Assembly: GCA_963697275.1 (NCBI GenBank)
Contig: CAVONF010000003.1
Span: forward strand, 607 to 64,606
Reading direction: 5' to 3'
DNA length: 64,000 nt
Source: an uncultured Chloroflexia bacterium
GTDB taxonomy: Bacteria > Chloroflexota > Limnocylindria > Limnocylindrales > CSP1-4
Shown here: piece after piece, positions 37,952 to 46,697 of the stretch
Layout of the letters: each line of letters starts with the position of its first letter
Position numbering within the stretch: position 1 is the first letter of the stretch
Made by a program: the position numbers and the translations under genes
The notes under the pieces: generated by a model
Database searches by the model: none
What the model saw: only the letters and a program-made list of their open reading frames with translations
Told to the model about the DNA's origin: nothing

Positions 37952-38107
37952 TTCGTGACGTCGGCGGACGCCCGTGGCGCCACGCGATGGCCGGAGCGTG
38001 GCGAAGGTGACCCGCGACTCTTGTGCCAACCGCTACCCCCGTGGCGTCATAGGCACCAGAGCGGGAGGCGACGACGCGCGGCCCACGACCTGGCCGCCTG
38101 GTCGTAC
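37952..38107 (+). repeat. conserved leader element L9, degenerate with 47-nt insertion
   Basis: TTCGTGAC-[47 nt]-GTGACCCGCGACTCTTGTGCC...CGTGGCGTCATAGGCACCAGAGCGGGAGGCGACGACGCGCGGCCCACGACCTGGCCGCC. The 3' part has diverged and no GCCACTGGCGG is present. Confidence 0.6.
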
Positions 38108-38177
38108 TCAGGCGTCCCCAGCGGCTCGCTCGGCTGGGTCAGCAGCCGCTGGACGGATGCCGCGCCCCCACGCTCCG

Positions 38178-38285
38178 ATCTACCCGCTCATGGCCGAGGC
38201 CCTCGACCTGCGCCCGGAGGATGAGCTCCTCTAGGTCGCCTGTGGCTCGGCTGTCTTCCTGCCCCAGCACGCCGCCCAGGCGGGA
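38178..38285 (+). pseudogene. fragment of a methyltransferase paralog (motif I region only)
   Basis: YPLMAEALDLRPEDELL*VACGSAVF, versus VAEMLDLRPEDELLDIGCGPGAF of the 10766 gene. Confidence 0.6.
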
Positions 38286-38402
38286 TGTCGGAGATGTTCG
38301 CAACAGCCGCCCAACCGACCACCCTTGCCCCAGCTCTCCACGCTCAAGAACAGACGGTCACTCCGCCACGGCAGGGGCTGAGGAAGCCCGCAGGCGGTCG
38401 CA

Positions 38403-38515
38403 GTGAAGCGGGTCCGGGACTACGCGAAGCTCGGGCGCCAGTTCATCAGCACCGACATCTCCCTGCGCGAGCTGTGTCGGCGCCACGGCATCTCCGCCCA
38501 TGTCATGTGGACGGT
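38403..38515 (+). pseudogene. HTH fragment (terminase-small-subunit or transposase-like N-terminus)
   Basis: N-part of ORF 38403..39179, VKRVRDYAKLGRQFISTDISLRELCRRHGIS. Near-100 percent GC3 holds only for the first ~35 codons. Confidence 0.4.
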
Positions 38516-38865
38516 CAACCAGCCTGCGCTTCGCGGCACACAGCTCCATCACCAGCTCGCTGACACCCTCGGTTGCGAACGTTGGCCGATCCCGACGACC
38601 TGCGCGTCGGACGCCGTCGGACGTACCCGTTGCGGTCGAGGATGGCCACCATCGCGACGAGCCCGACGCGCTTGTTCCCATCGACATGGGGGGTGGTTCC
38701 TGATCAGCCCGAAGGCAGACGCGGCAGCGAGGTCGGTCCTACCGGCCTCATGGTGTGGAGTCAGCGCTGCTTCGGACGCCCGAACCAGCGAGGCTCGGAC
38801 CGGCTCACTCCGCCAGCTCGCGAGGTGCGGCCCGATACCGCTTCGCGGCTCGACGGGTGGCCGCG
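38515..38865 (-). pseudogene. Doc (death-on-curing, Fic-fold) toxin remnant, frameshifted, no start
   Basis: Self-translated ...VRASLVRASEAALTPHHEAGRTDLAAASAFGLIRNHP / HVDGNKRVGLVAMVAILDRNGYV, i.e. the H-x-F-x-DGNKR core. The frame breaks at a C-run near 38680. Confidence 0.5.
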
Positions 38866-38869
38866 AGTC

Positions 38870-39736
38870 CTATGGCGCCGGTCGGAACCCGAACCCGGCC
38901 AGGACCGCCTGCGCGTCCGGCCCGGTGAGGAAGGACAGGAACTCCGAGGCGAGCCCGGGATGTGGCGCATCGATGGTGGCCACGGCCGCGTACGTGGCCG
39001 GTACGTTCGCGGCGTCCGGGATGGCCACCGTCTCGACCAGCTCGGAGGCCGCCGCATCGGTCGCGTACACGATGGCCGCGTCACCCTCACCCAGTTCGAT
39101 CTTCGCGAGCACCGCGCGCACGTTGTCCTCCTCCGACACGGTGTTCGCCGTGACGGCGGCGACGAAGTCGGCCGGGTAGTCAGGCAGTGAGGCGAGGTTC
39201 TCGATGGCCTCGGTGGCGTAGCGCGTGATGGGTGCCTCCGGACCGGCCATCACGTAGCGCACGCCGGGGCGCGCCAGGTCCGCCGCAGTCTCGATGCCGG
39301 CGGGGTCGCCCGACGGCACCACCACGACCAGGGCATTGCCGGCGAAGGGCGTGATGGGCGCCGGGGCCAGGCAGGCGTCCACGAGCAGCTGGGCGTTGCG
39401 GGTGTCCGCCGACGCCAGGACGTCCGCAGGTGCGCCCTGTTCGATCTGGGCGCGCAGGGCGCTCGAGGCGTCGAAGGAGAGGATGAGCGTGGACCCGGGG
39501 TGCGTCGTCTCCCACGGGCCAGCGAGGGCTTCGAAGGCGTCCCGCAGCGAGGCCGCCGCGTAGACGGTCACATCGGCTACCTCGGCAGCGGCGCCTGGGC
39601 TCTCTGCCGCCACCGGTTCGATCGGTGGGCAGCTCGGCAGCGGTGACGGCGACTGCGCCGACGCGGGGCTGGCCACGATGACCGCCAGCCAGAGCGCGAG
39701 AGCGACACCCGGGTGGCGCAGGCGTGGAACGAGCAT
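38870..39736 (-). CDS. modA: molybdate ABC transporter substrate-binding protein
   Basis: Intact ORF 38870..39736 with a signal peptide, VYAAASL, LSFDASSAL, ADVLASAD and IVYATDA. Confidence 0.85.
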   Translation of the reverse strand: MLVPRLRHPGVALALWLAVIVASPASAQSPSPLPSCPPIEPVAAESPGAAAEVADVTVYAAASLRDAFEALAGPWETTHPGSTLILSFDASSALRAQIEQGAPADVLASADTRNAQLLVDACLAPAPITPFAGNALVVVVPSGDPAGIETAADLARPGVRYVMAGPEAPITRYATEAIENLASLPDYPADFVAAVTANTVSEEDNVRAVLAKIELGEGDAAIVYATDAAASELVETVAIPDAANVPATYAAVATIDAPHPGLASEFLSFLTGPDAQAVLAGFGFRPAP

Positions 39737-39788
39737 GGCGCCCTCCTTCGGTGGCGTTCGATAGCAGGAATCTGGCCATCTGCACCAG

Positions 39789-39812
39789 ATTGTATTGTGC
39801 GAACATACGCAC
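39789..39812 (-). promoter_or_regulatory. candidate modA promoter -10 (TACAAT) with adjacent GTGCG-N6-CGCAC inverted repeat
   Basis: On the minus strand, GTGCGTATGTTCGCAC (39812-39797) sits 2 nt before TACAAT (39794-39789), in the only AT-rich stretch of the modB-modA spacer. Confidence 0.35.
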
Positions 39813-39865
39813 GTACCATGTACCTGGCTCGGCGATGTGTCGAGCGGCCGAGGGCCCTCAGCCGG

Positions 39866-40742
39866 TCAGGTGGGCAACACCGCGCGCCAGTGGGTCAGGC
39901 GAACCGCGAGGAGGACCCCGATGGCCGCTACGACGAGCACCGTGGCCGCGGCCAGGGCGGCGTCGAGGCTGCCCTGGAACTCGCTGTACACCAGCAGCGG
40001 CAGCGTGCGCGTCCGGCCAGCCACGTTGCCGGCGAACATGATCGTGGCCCCGAACTCGCCCAGCGCCCGCGCCCAGGCCAGCACCAGGCCGGCGGCCAGG
40101 GACGGAGCAGCGAGCGGGATGGTGACGTGCCGGATGGTGCGACCGCCCGAGGCACCGTCGACGGCGGCAGCCTCCTCGAGGTCCCGCTCGATGCCTTCGA
40201 AGCCGGCCCGGGCGGCCCGGATGTAGAAGGGCGCCGCGACGAAGACCTGGGCGACCACCACGGCGAGGGTGGTGAACGGGATCGTGAGGCCGACCAGCTC
40301 GAGGCTGGGGCCCACCAGACCACGGCGTCCGAAGGCGAGCAGCAGGGCCAGGCCGGCCACCGTGGGCGGCAGGACGATGGGCAGGTCGACGAGGGTCTCG
40401 GCGACGGCCTTGCCGCGGAAGGATCGCCTTGCGAGGACCCACGCGAGAGGCGAGCCGAGCACGACGACGGTGACGACCGCGACCGTGGATGCCACGAGGC
40501 TCAACGCGAGGGCCTCGAGCACGGCCCCGAGTGGGGCACCAGAGAGCCCACCGCCGAGCAGGCCACGCAGCAGCAGGGCGACCACCGGCAGGGCCAGGAA
40601 GAGCAGGCAGATCGCGGCAAGCGTCCCGGTGCCGAACCGGGCGACCCGACCGTTGCCCGGCAGCCCGGGAGCCCGCCCGCGATCGTCGGCCGCCCGGTCC
40701 CCGGCGATGCGCGCTGGGTCCGGTGTGGACGCTGACGTTCAT
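39866..40742 (-). CDS. modB: molybdate ABC transporter permease, frameshift near 40700
   Basis: ORF 39866..40585 (LPIVLPPTVAGLALL, EEAAAVDGASG, LGEFGATIMFAGN). Its N-terminus continues upstream in-frame without a start, and ATG 40742 lies in the neighbouring frame. Confidence 0.8.
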
Positions 40743-40817
40743 GGATGGGTGCCCGTGGGGGTCCCGCGGCCGGGGGAGCGCAGGCCTGTGAGCCAGGTCA
40801 GATCGCGGCCCGCCAGG

Positions 40818-41237
40818 TCACCCGGGCACCTCGACGATGACGTTCGTCGCCTTCACGACACAGACGGCCTCGGAGCCGACGTCCAGTCCGAGCTCGTCGA
40901 TGGCTTCGGCGGTCATCAGGCTCACGACACGGTGCGGGCCGGCCTGGACCTCGATGAGCCCGACGATGGCGTCGCGCTCGATGCGCGTCACGATACCGAC
41001 GAAGCGGTTGCGCGCCGACTGCGCCACGATGGGTCGCTCCTGGCCGGCCCGGCGACGGTCCGCGAGGAGATGTGCGACGTCCGCCCTGCGGACGAGGCGC
41101 TGGCCGCCGGGGGAACGCTCGGCCGGGAGCAGTCCATCGTCCGACCACCGCCGGACCGTGTCCGGGCTGACCCCCAGGATCTCGGCCGCCTCGCCCAGCC
41201 GAATGCGTTCCTCATCCCTGGCGCTCGATTTGTTCAT
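40818..41237 (-). CDS. excisionase/MerR-type HTH + TOBE (Mop) molybdate-sensing regulator
   Basis: ORF 40818..41237: LGEAAEILGVSPDTVRRWSDDGLL, then SARNRFVGIVTRIERDAIVGLIEVQAGPHRVVSLMTAEA...VVKATNVIV. Confidence 0.75.
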   Translation of the reverse strand: MNKSSARDEERIRLGEAAEILGVSPDTVRRWSDDGLLPAERSPGGQRLVRRADVAHLLADRRRAGQERPIVAQSARNRFVGIVTRIERDAIVGLIEVQAGPHRVVSLMTAEAIDELGLDVGSEAVCVVKATNVIVEVPG

Positions 41238-41239
41238 GC

Positions 41240-42000
41240 CCGGGAGTATCGCGTACGAAGGTGCCGATGTCTATGGAGCCGATCGGGATAGCCCCGGCGA
41301 TCTTGAGGCGCTCGACGCTCGGCGCGTCCCGCGGGGGATACGCGTCCGCGAGCGCCCTGAGTCCCTGCGTCGTGGGCGTGCCGACGACGTCAAGGTTCTC
41401 CGTGATGATGAAGGGCTGACCCCGCTCCCCATGCCCCTCAAACCGGACCACGAGCCGTCCGCCGATGACCACCACTTCTGCTCCGCGGCTCAGCATGAGC
41501 CGGACGCGCAGGTCGGAGAATCCGCGGCTGGAAGACGTACCGGCCGCAGAGGTCGGCCCACACCTCCGGGTGGTGGGAGACGGCGTTTCGTGCTTCGCCA
41601 GGGACGCCGAGGAGGCGTCGCAGCACGCGGTCGAGCTCGATCTGGAGCCATTCGAACGCGCCGCTCGAGCCATTCGTGAAGGCGACGATGCCGACCCTAT
41701 CGTCGGGCGCGACCAGGAGCGCGGAGTTGAAGCCCGGCAGGACCCCGTCGTGGCCAACGACCCGATGCTCGCCGAGCTCGCTTCGGAAGAAGCCGAGGCC
41801 GATGTCGGGGATACGCGGGTCGGGCTGGAACCGGGAGCGGTCACCGTCGTGAGGATCGGCGGCTCGAAGATCGCCCGTGCTGCTTCGCGCCACCCCCCTG
41901 GAGTGCGGCAGTGAACCGCGCCAGACGGCGATGACCGAGGCCGCGGGGCCATCGGCCAGGCGGGCCGTCCGGCCCTTGACCACCCGGCCTCGCCGCCGAT
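41240..42000 (-). pseudogene. C-terminal half of a beta-lactamase-family serine hydrolase
   Basis: ORFs 41438..42484 and 41212..41952: PDIGLGFF...GHDGVLPGFNSALLVAPDDRVGIVAFTNG. No SxxK N-terminal domain is present. Confidence 0.55.
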
Positions 42001-42110
42001 GATGGCTGAGCATCATCCGCGAGGGGCCCCGCGATGGCCGAACACCCGCTCGATCCGGGGCCCAGGGATGGCTCCGTGGTTCGATCTGCGACAAGGGAAG
42101 GGCACTGCTC

Positions 42111-42674
42111 ATGAAGACAGCCAGGGACAAGCACGTCGTCGTCAGCGCCGACTTCGCGGGTTTCCCGCTGAAGGAAGTAGTCAGGAAGCACCTCATCGAA
42201 CGGGGCTGGACCGTCGAGGACCTGACACCGGTCCTCGAGGAGTCACCGATGTACCACCGGGCTGGCTTCATGCTCGGCGCCAAGATCGCGGAGCGGGAGT
42301 TCGAGAAGGGCCTGGCGTTCTGCGGCACCGGGATGGGCATCCACGTCGCCGCCAGCAAGGTCCCGCACGTGCACGCGGCGGTTTGTGAGAGTGTGCCGGC
42401 CGCCCTGCGCTGCGCGACCGGGAACAACTGCAACGTGCTGGCGATGGGAGCCTTCTTCATCGGACCGAGGCTCGGGATGGCCATGGCGGATGCGTTCCTC
42501 GACCACTCCTTCGGCGAGGGCTACGAGGACTGGCCGGGCTTCTACGAGTACCACGTGGTCGGCTACGAGGAGACCGAGCACTTCGACTACGAGGCCTACA
42601 AGGCCAACGGGTTCCGGCTGGCCGACGAGACGGTGCCACCGCTCGGCCCGCCGCCGCAGGGGCTGGCGTTCTGA
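42111..42674 (+). CDS. RpiB/LacA/LacB-family sugar-phosphate isomerase with C-terminal extension
   Basis: Intact ORF 42111..42674 with GLAFCGTGMGIHVAASKVPHVHAAVC and GNNCNVLAMGA. Confidence 0.75.
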   Translation: MKTARDKHVVVSADFAGFPLKEVVRKHLIERGWTVEDLTPVLEESPMYHRAGFMLGAKIAEREFEKGLAFCGTGMGIHVAASKVPHVHAAVCESVPAALRCATGNNCNVLAMGAFFIGPRLGMAMADAFLDHSFGEGYEDWPGFYEYHVVGYEETEHFDYEAYKANGFRLADETVPPLGPPPQGLAF

Positions 42675-42838
42675 CGGCCGATCCGACACCACTGTCGTCG
42701 TAGCGCCACGTCAGCACCGCGCGACGAACGCTGTCGTTGACGTGACCGCGGACTCTGGCGCACGATCAGCTGTGCGGTCCACGCTCGGCCCGTCCATCCG
42801 TGGAACAGCTGCGACTCGGTTCGCGCAAGGAGGATGCT

Positions 42839-43474
42839 ATGGGCAGGTTCTCATCCATCGCGGTCATCTCGATCGTCCTGCTGGTCGCTCTTCCTGCGAC
42901 CGCACACGGGTTCGAATCTAGGGCCGTGTGCATCCGCGTGACGTCGGCAGAACCGATCGCGGATGCTGACCTCGGGAATGCCGTCGCCGGGGGAAGAGCA
43001 TTCATCCAGGTCGTCGATGACGCTGAGTGCGCCCCAAGCGACGCCGGCCCCATTGGCCCGCAAGCCGCGTTCGGTCTGTTCGTCGGCCGTCTCATGGAGA
43101 GCCTCGCCTCCACCCAGCCGGGGCGCGAGAGGCTCATGTCCGACGATCTGAGTCAGCAGCTCTTGAGCCTCGATGAGTTGCGACTCTGGTCCGTCGGCGA
43201 ACTGGCGTGGCTGAACGCGAACCCACCGTCCAGCTGCTACGAGGCCCTGTATGCGTATTGGCGCAAGTCGGTCCAGAAGATCAAGAACGGCACCCTGAAT
43301 GCGCAAGCAGCCATCACCGAGCAGCGGTTCGGAAAGACCCGGGCCGGCATCCGGCAAGCGGCCAGCGGCGCTGAGCGCTTCGACCAGGTCCCTACCATGC
43401 TGACCGTGGCGCTGGCCACGTGTTCGTCGGCCAGTCCCATGCTGTTCCCATCGTCGACCACCCCGACCGGATAG
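42839..43474 (+). CDS. secreted hypothetical protein, lower GC3 than neighbours
   Basis: AAGGAGG RBS then ATG 42839 in ORF 42800..43474, with MGRFSSIAVISIVLLVALPATAHG signal peptide. Confidence 0.5.
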   Translation: MGRFSSIAVISIVLLVALPATAHGFESRAVCIRVTSAEPIADADLGNAVAGGRAFIQVVDDAECAPSDAGPIGPQAAFGLFVGRLMESLASTQPGRERLMSDDLSQQLLSLDELRLWSVGELAWLNANPPSSCYEALYAYWRKSVQKIKNGTLNAQAAITEQRFGKTRAGIRQAASGAERFDQVPTMLTVALATCSSASPMLFPSSTTPTG

Positions 43475-43612
43475 CGCGCCCGCCCGCCGCCAGTACCGCA
43501 GGCATCCCGGGCCAGGTCGACCGCGTCGTTCATGAGGAAGGTGCGAACGTCCTGCCCCGACTGGCGCAACGTCCCGGTCAGGCGGAGCCCGTTCCAGGTG
43601 ACGTCGCTCCCG

Positions 43613-44629
43613 TCACAGGGACGGGCCGGGCAGAGCAGCCACCGAACTGGCCCTGACGCGCAAGGTCGGCTGCAGCAGGACCTCGCGGACGGCACCCTCA
43701 TAACCCTCGATGCGACCCAGCAGCAGCCGTGCTGCCTCGGCTCCGACGTCATAGGTCGGCTGGGCGATGGTGGTCAGTGAGGGCCGCATCAGGGGCGCCC
43801 AGGGCGTGTCATCGAATCCGACGATGGCGATGTCGCGCGGTACGTTCAGACCGGCCGCGTCGATCGCCTGCAGCGCACCGACGGTCATGAGGTGATTGGC
43901 CACGAACACGGCATCCGGCCGATGCGTCGACTCCAGGAGGCTGCGCATGGCCTCATACCCGGTCCCTTCACGGAAGTCGCCGGTCCTGATGAGGTCCGGA
44001 CGGCTGACGAGGCCGGCCCTGGCCAGCCCGCGCTCGTAGCCCAGGAGCCGCTCCGACCCCGTCGTCGTGCTCGGTGGACCCGTGATGCAGGCGATGCGCG
44101 TGAACCCATTGGCCGCCAGATGCGTGACCGCCAGCTCTCCGCCATGCGCGTTGTCAACCACGACGTGATCGACGGCGTGGCGCTCCAGCCTGCGGTCGAC
44201 GGTGATGACGCGCACGCCCGCCGCGATGAGCGCGCCGATGTCCGTCTCCGTCCCCGACTCCGGACTGAGGATGACACCCGACATGCGCTCCGCGGCTGCG
44301 AGCAGCAGGTAGCGGCGCTCCTTGTCGAGGTCCTCCTGGGAATTGCAGAGGACCACCGAGTAACCCGCCGAATCCGCGACCGCCTCCACGGCGATGGCGA
44401 CGTCCGTGAAGAAGGAGTTGCGGACGTCCGAGAGGATCAGGGCCCACATCGCACTGCGCCGCGTCCGCAGGCTGCGGGCCGCTCGATTGGGCCGATAGTC
44501 CAGGCGCGTGGCTGCGGCATGGACGCGCTTGGCCAGGACCGGGTCGACGTTGGCACGCCCGCCCAGAGCCCGCGAGACGGTCGCGACCGAGACCCTGGCC
44601 TCCCTGGCGACATCGGCCATCGTGGTCAC
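43613..44629 (-). CDS. LacI-family transcriptional repressor
   Basis: ORF 43613..44677 with VTTMADVAREARVSVATVSRAL HTH and a periplasmic-binding-fold core (IVGFDDTPWAPLMRPSLTTIAQP). Confidence 0.85.
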   Translation of the reverse strand: MTTMADVAREARVSVATVSRALGGRANVDPVLAKRVHAAATRLDYRPNRAARSLRTRRSAMWALILSDVRNSFFTDVAIAVEAVADSAGYSVVLCNSQEDLDKERRYLLLAAAERMSGVILSPESGTETDIGALIAAGVRVITVDRRLERHAVDHVVVDNAHGGELAVTHLAANGFTRIACITGPPSTTTGSERLLGYERGLARAGLVSRPDLIRTGDFREGTGYEAMRSLLESTHRPDAVFVANHLMTVGALQAIDAAGLNVPRDIAIVGFDDTPWAPLMRPSLTTIAQPTYDVGAEAARLLLGRIEGYEGAVREVLLQPTLRVRASSVAALPGPSL

Positions 44630-44688
44630 GCCACGCAACTCCTGCTGCTGGTGATGTGTCTGGCATGGTACAGGCACACGCCCGCTCG

Positions 44689-44702
44689 AGCAATCGATTA
44701 CT
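44689..44702. promoter_or_regulatory. LacI-type operator O1
   Basis: AGCAATCGATTACT, a near-palindrome about central CG, roughly 60 nt upstream of the lacI-like start. Confidence 0.5.
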
Positions 44703-44767
44703 CATCGACTGGCACGCTGACAGGACCTCGACCGAGTCTTAACAGGGTCGGATGGTGGCGGGATTCC

Positions 44768-44797
44768 TTGACACGCGCAGAGGCCGTATGGTGCAAT
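44768..44797 (+). promoter_or_regulatory. candidate promoter of the sugar ABC operon
   Basis: TTGACA, 18-nt spacer, TGCAAT. Confidence 0.45.
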
Positions 44798-44801
44798 GTC
44801 G

Positions 44802-44815
44802 AGCAAACGATTACC
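44802..44815. promoter_or_regulatory. LacI-type operator O2
   Basis: AGCAAACGATTACC, 4 nt after the -10 hexamer; similar to O1. Confidence 0.5.
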
Positions 44816-45092
44816 GCCCATGCGAGAGGGCCTTGGGAGGGGTAGCGTATGGCGTGACACCAGGTTCAACCGCCCTTGCGGCTCCGTTTCCTCGACGAGA
44901 GGAGTGGTATGCCAATCCTCCGAACCCCGTGATCAACAGCGGCATGGCCCCGCCCCGGATCGCCCCGCCTCAGACGACCATCGTCGGCAGGACAGGCGCG
45001 ACCCCGGCCCACAGGCTCGAGCCGCCGGTCTCACCGGCATCGACCGGCTCCGTGTCCGGAGCGTCGGGGATGTCGGGCGCCCGGGAGAGCTC

Positions 45093-46697
45093 GTGACCAG
45101 CGCCCTGATGCCGCGCCCAGCGCAGACCGAGGCTCACGGACAGCGTGTCATCCTCAGCATGCGCAACATCACCAAGCGCTTTCCCGGCGTGGTCGCACTG
45201 GACGATGTGTCCTTCGATGTGCAGATGGGCGAGGTCCACGGCCTGGTCGGCGAGAACGGCGCGGGCAAGTCCACCCTCGTGAAGATCATGAGCGGGGTCT
45301 ACACGGAGTTCGACGGCGCGATGCTGCTGAACGACCTGCCTGTGTCCTTCCGCACGACCCGTGAGGCCATCGACACCGGCATCGCCATGATCCACCAGGA
45401 GCTGAACCTGGTGCCCGAACTGACGGTGTACGAGAACATCTTCCTCGGCCGGGAGCACAAGACGCGACTGGACACGCTTGACCGGCGGTCCATGCGCAGG
45501 GCGGCCGAAGGGCTGATGTCCCGGCTGGGACTGGACATCGACCCGAACCGCACCATCGAGCGGCTGCGGGTCAGCCAGCGTCAGCTCGTCGAGATCGCCA
45601 AGGCGCTCAGCCTGGACACGCGCATCATCATCATGGACGAGCCCACCTCGGCGCTGAGCGACAGCGAGGTCGAGTACCTCTTCGGCGTCGTGCGTGGCCT
45701 CCGCGAGCATGACGTGGCGGTGGTCTACATCTCCCACCGGCTCGACGAGGTCTTCGCCATCGCCGACCGGATCACCGTCCTGCGCGATGGACGCGTCGTC
45801 GGGTCCGCTGTCACCGCTGAGGTCAGTCGCCGCGAGGTCATCAGCATGATGGTCGGGCGCGATCTGGAGAACCTCTATCCCAAGGCGCCCGTCGAGCTGG
45901 GTGACGAGGTCCTGCGGGTGGAGGGACTGACCTACCTGCAGGGCCGCACCAAGGTACTCGACGATGTCTCCCTGACGGTGCGGCGCGGTGAGATCGTCGG
46001 CGTGGCCGGGTTGATGGGTGCCGGTCGCACACAGCTGCTCGAGGCCATCTTCGGGGTCTACCCCCCCGACAGTCTGCGCGGATCGATCGCTCTCAACGGG
46101 CGCACGGTGCGGTTCAGCTCGCCGCAGGACGCCATCCGCGAGGGCCTGGGGCTGGTCGCGGAGGACCGCAAGCTGCAGAGCCTGGTGCTGGAGCGGTCGG
46201 TGACCGAGAACACGACGCTGGCATCGCTTCGGCTGTTCATGAACCGGCTTCGGATCATCAGCCAGCGCAGCGAGAAGCGGGTCGTCGAACGGGTCGTCGA
46301 CGATCTGCAGATCAAGACCCCGACGATCGATGCCATGGTCGCCAACCTCAGCGGCGGAAACCAGCAGAAGGTCGTCATCGGCAAGTTCCTGCTCTCTGAG
46401 ATCGTCCTGTTCCTGCTCGACGAGCCGACGCGCGGGATCGATGTCGGAGCCAAGGCCGAGATCTACCACCTGGTCGGCGAGCTGGCGAAGGGGGGCACGT
46501 CGTTCCTCCTGGTCTCGAGCGAGATGCCCGAGCTGCTGGCCGTGTGTGATCGCATCTACGTGCTCTGCGACGGGCGGCTGACCGGCGTCTTCGAGCGGAA
46601 GTCGTTCGACCAGGAGGCCATCATGGAAGCGGCGACCCGTTTCATGGAAGGTGACCGAAGCGCCGCCAGGCCGGCGGCGCAGGGGGCGAGCGGATGA
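45093..46697 (+). CDS. CUT2-family sugar ABC transporter ATP-binding protein (two ABC domains)
   Basis: ORF 44796..46697. The plausible start is GTG 45093 or ATG 45108. Motifs: GENGAGKST Walker A, LSVSQRQLV-type signature, IIIMDEPTS, and a second domain LSGGNQQKV / FLLDEPTRGID. Confidence 0.85.
   Translation: MTSALMPRPAQTEAHGQRVILSMRNITKRFPGVVALDDVSFDVQMGEVHGLVGENGAGKSTLVKIMSGVYTEFDGAMLLNDLPVSFRTTREAIDTGIAMIHQELNLVPELTVYENIFLGREHKTRLDTLDRRSMRRAAEGLMSRLGLDIDPNRTIERLRVSQRQLVEIAKALSLDTRIIIMDEPTSALSDSEVEYLFGVVRGLREHDVAVVYISHRLDEVFAIADRITVLRDGRVVGSAVTAEVSRREVISMMVGRDLENLYPKAPVELGDEVLRVEGLTYLQGRTKVLDDVSLTVRRGEIVGVAGLMGAGRTQLLEAIFGVYPPDSLRGSIALNGRTVRFSSPQDAIREGLGLVAEDRKLQSLVLERSVTENTTLASLRLFMNRLRIISQRSEKRVVERVVDDLQIKTPTIDAMVANLSGGNQQKVVIGKFLLSEIVLFLLDEPTRGIDVGAKAEIYHLVGELAKGGTSFLLVSSEMPELLAVCDRIYVLCDGRLTGVFERKSFDQEAIMEAATRFMEGDRSAARPAAQGASG

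Noticed and set aside
39737-39865. Possible Moco riboswitch in the modB-modA spacer (contains GCCGAGCC).
   Set aside because: At 129 nt it is too short for the full motif. I cannot identify the other conserved stems, so this needs an Infernal scan.
43390-43610. Second LacI-like C-terminal fragment downstream of the LacI gene (…YPVGVVDDGNSMGLADEHVASATVSMV).
   Set aside because: The similarity to the xxVGFDDxxxAxxxxPxLTT motif is weak, and the stretch overlaps the 3' end of the plus-strand secreted ORF. It cannot be supported without a search.
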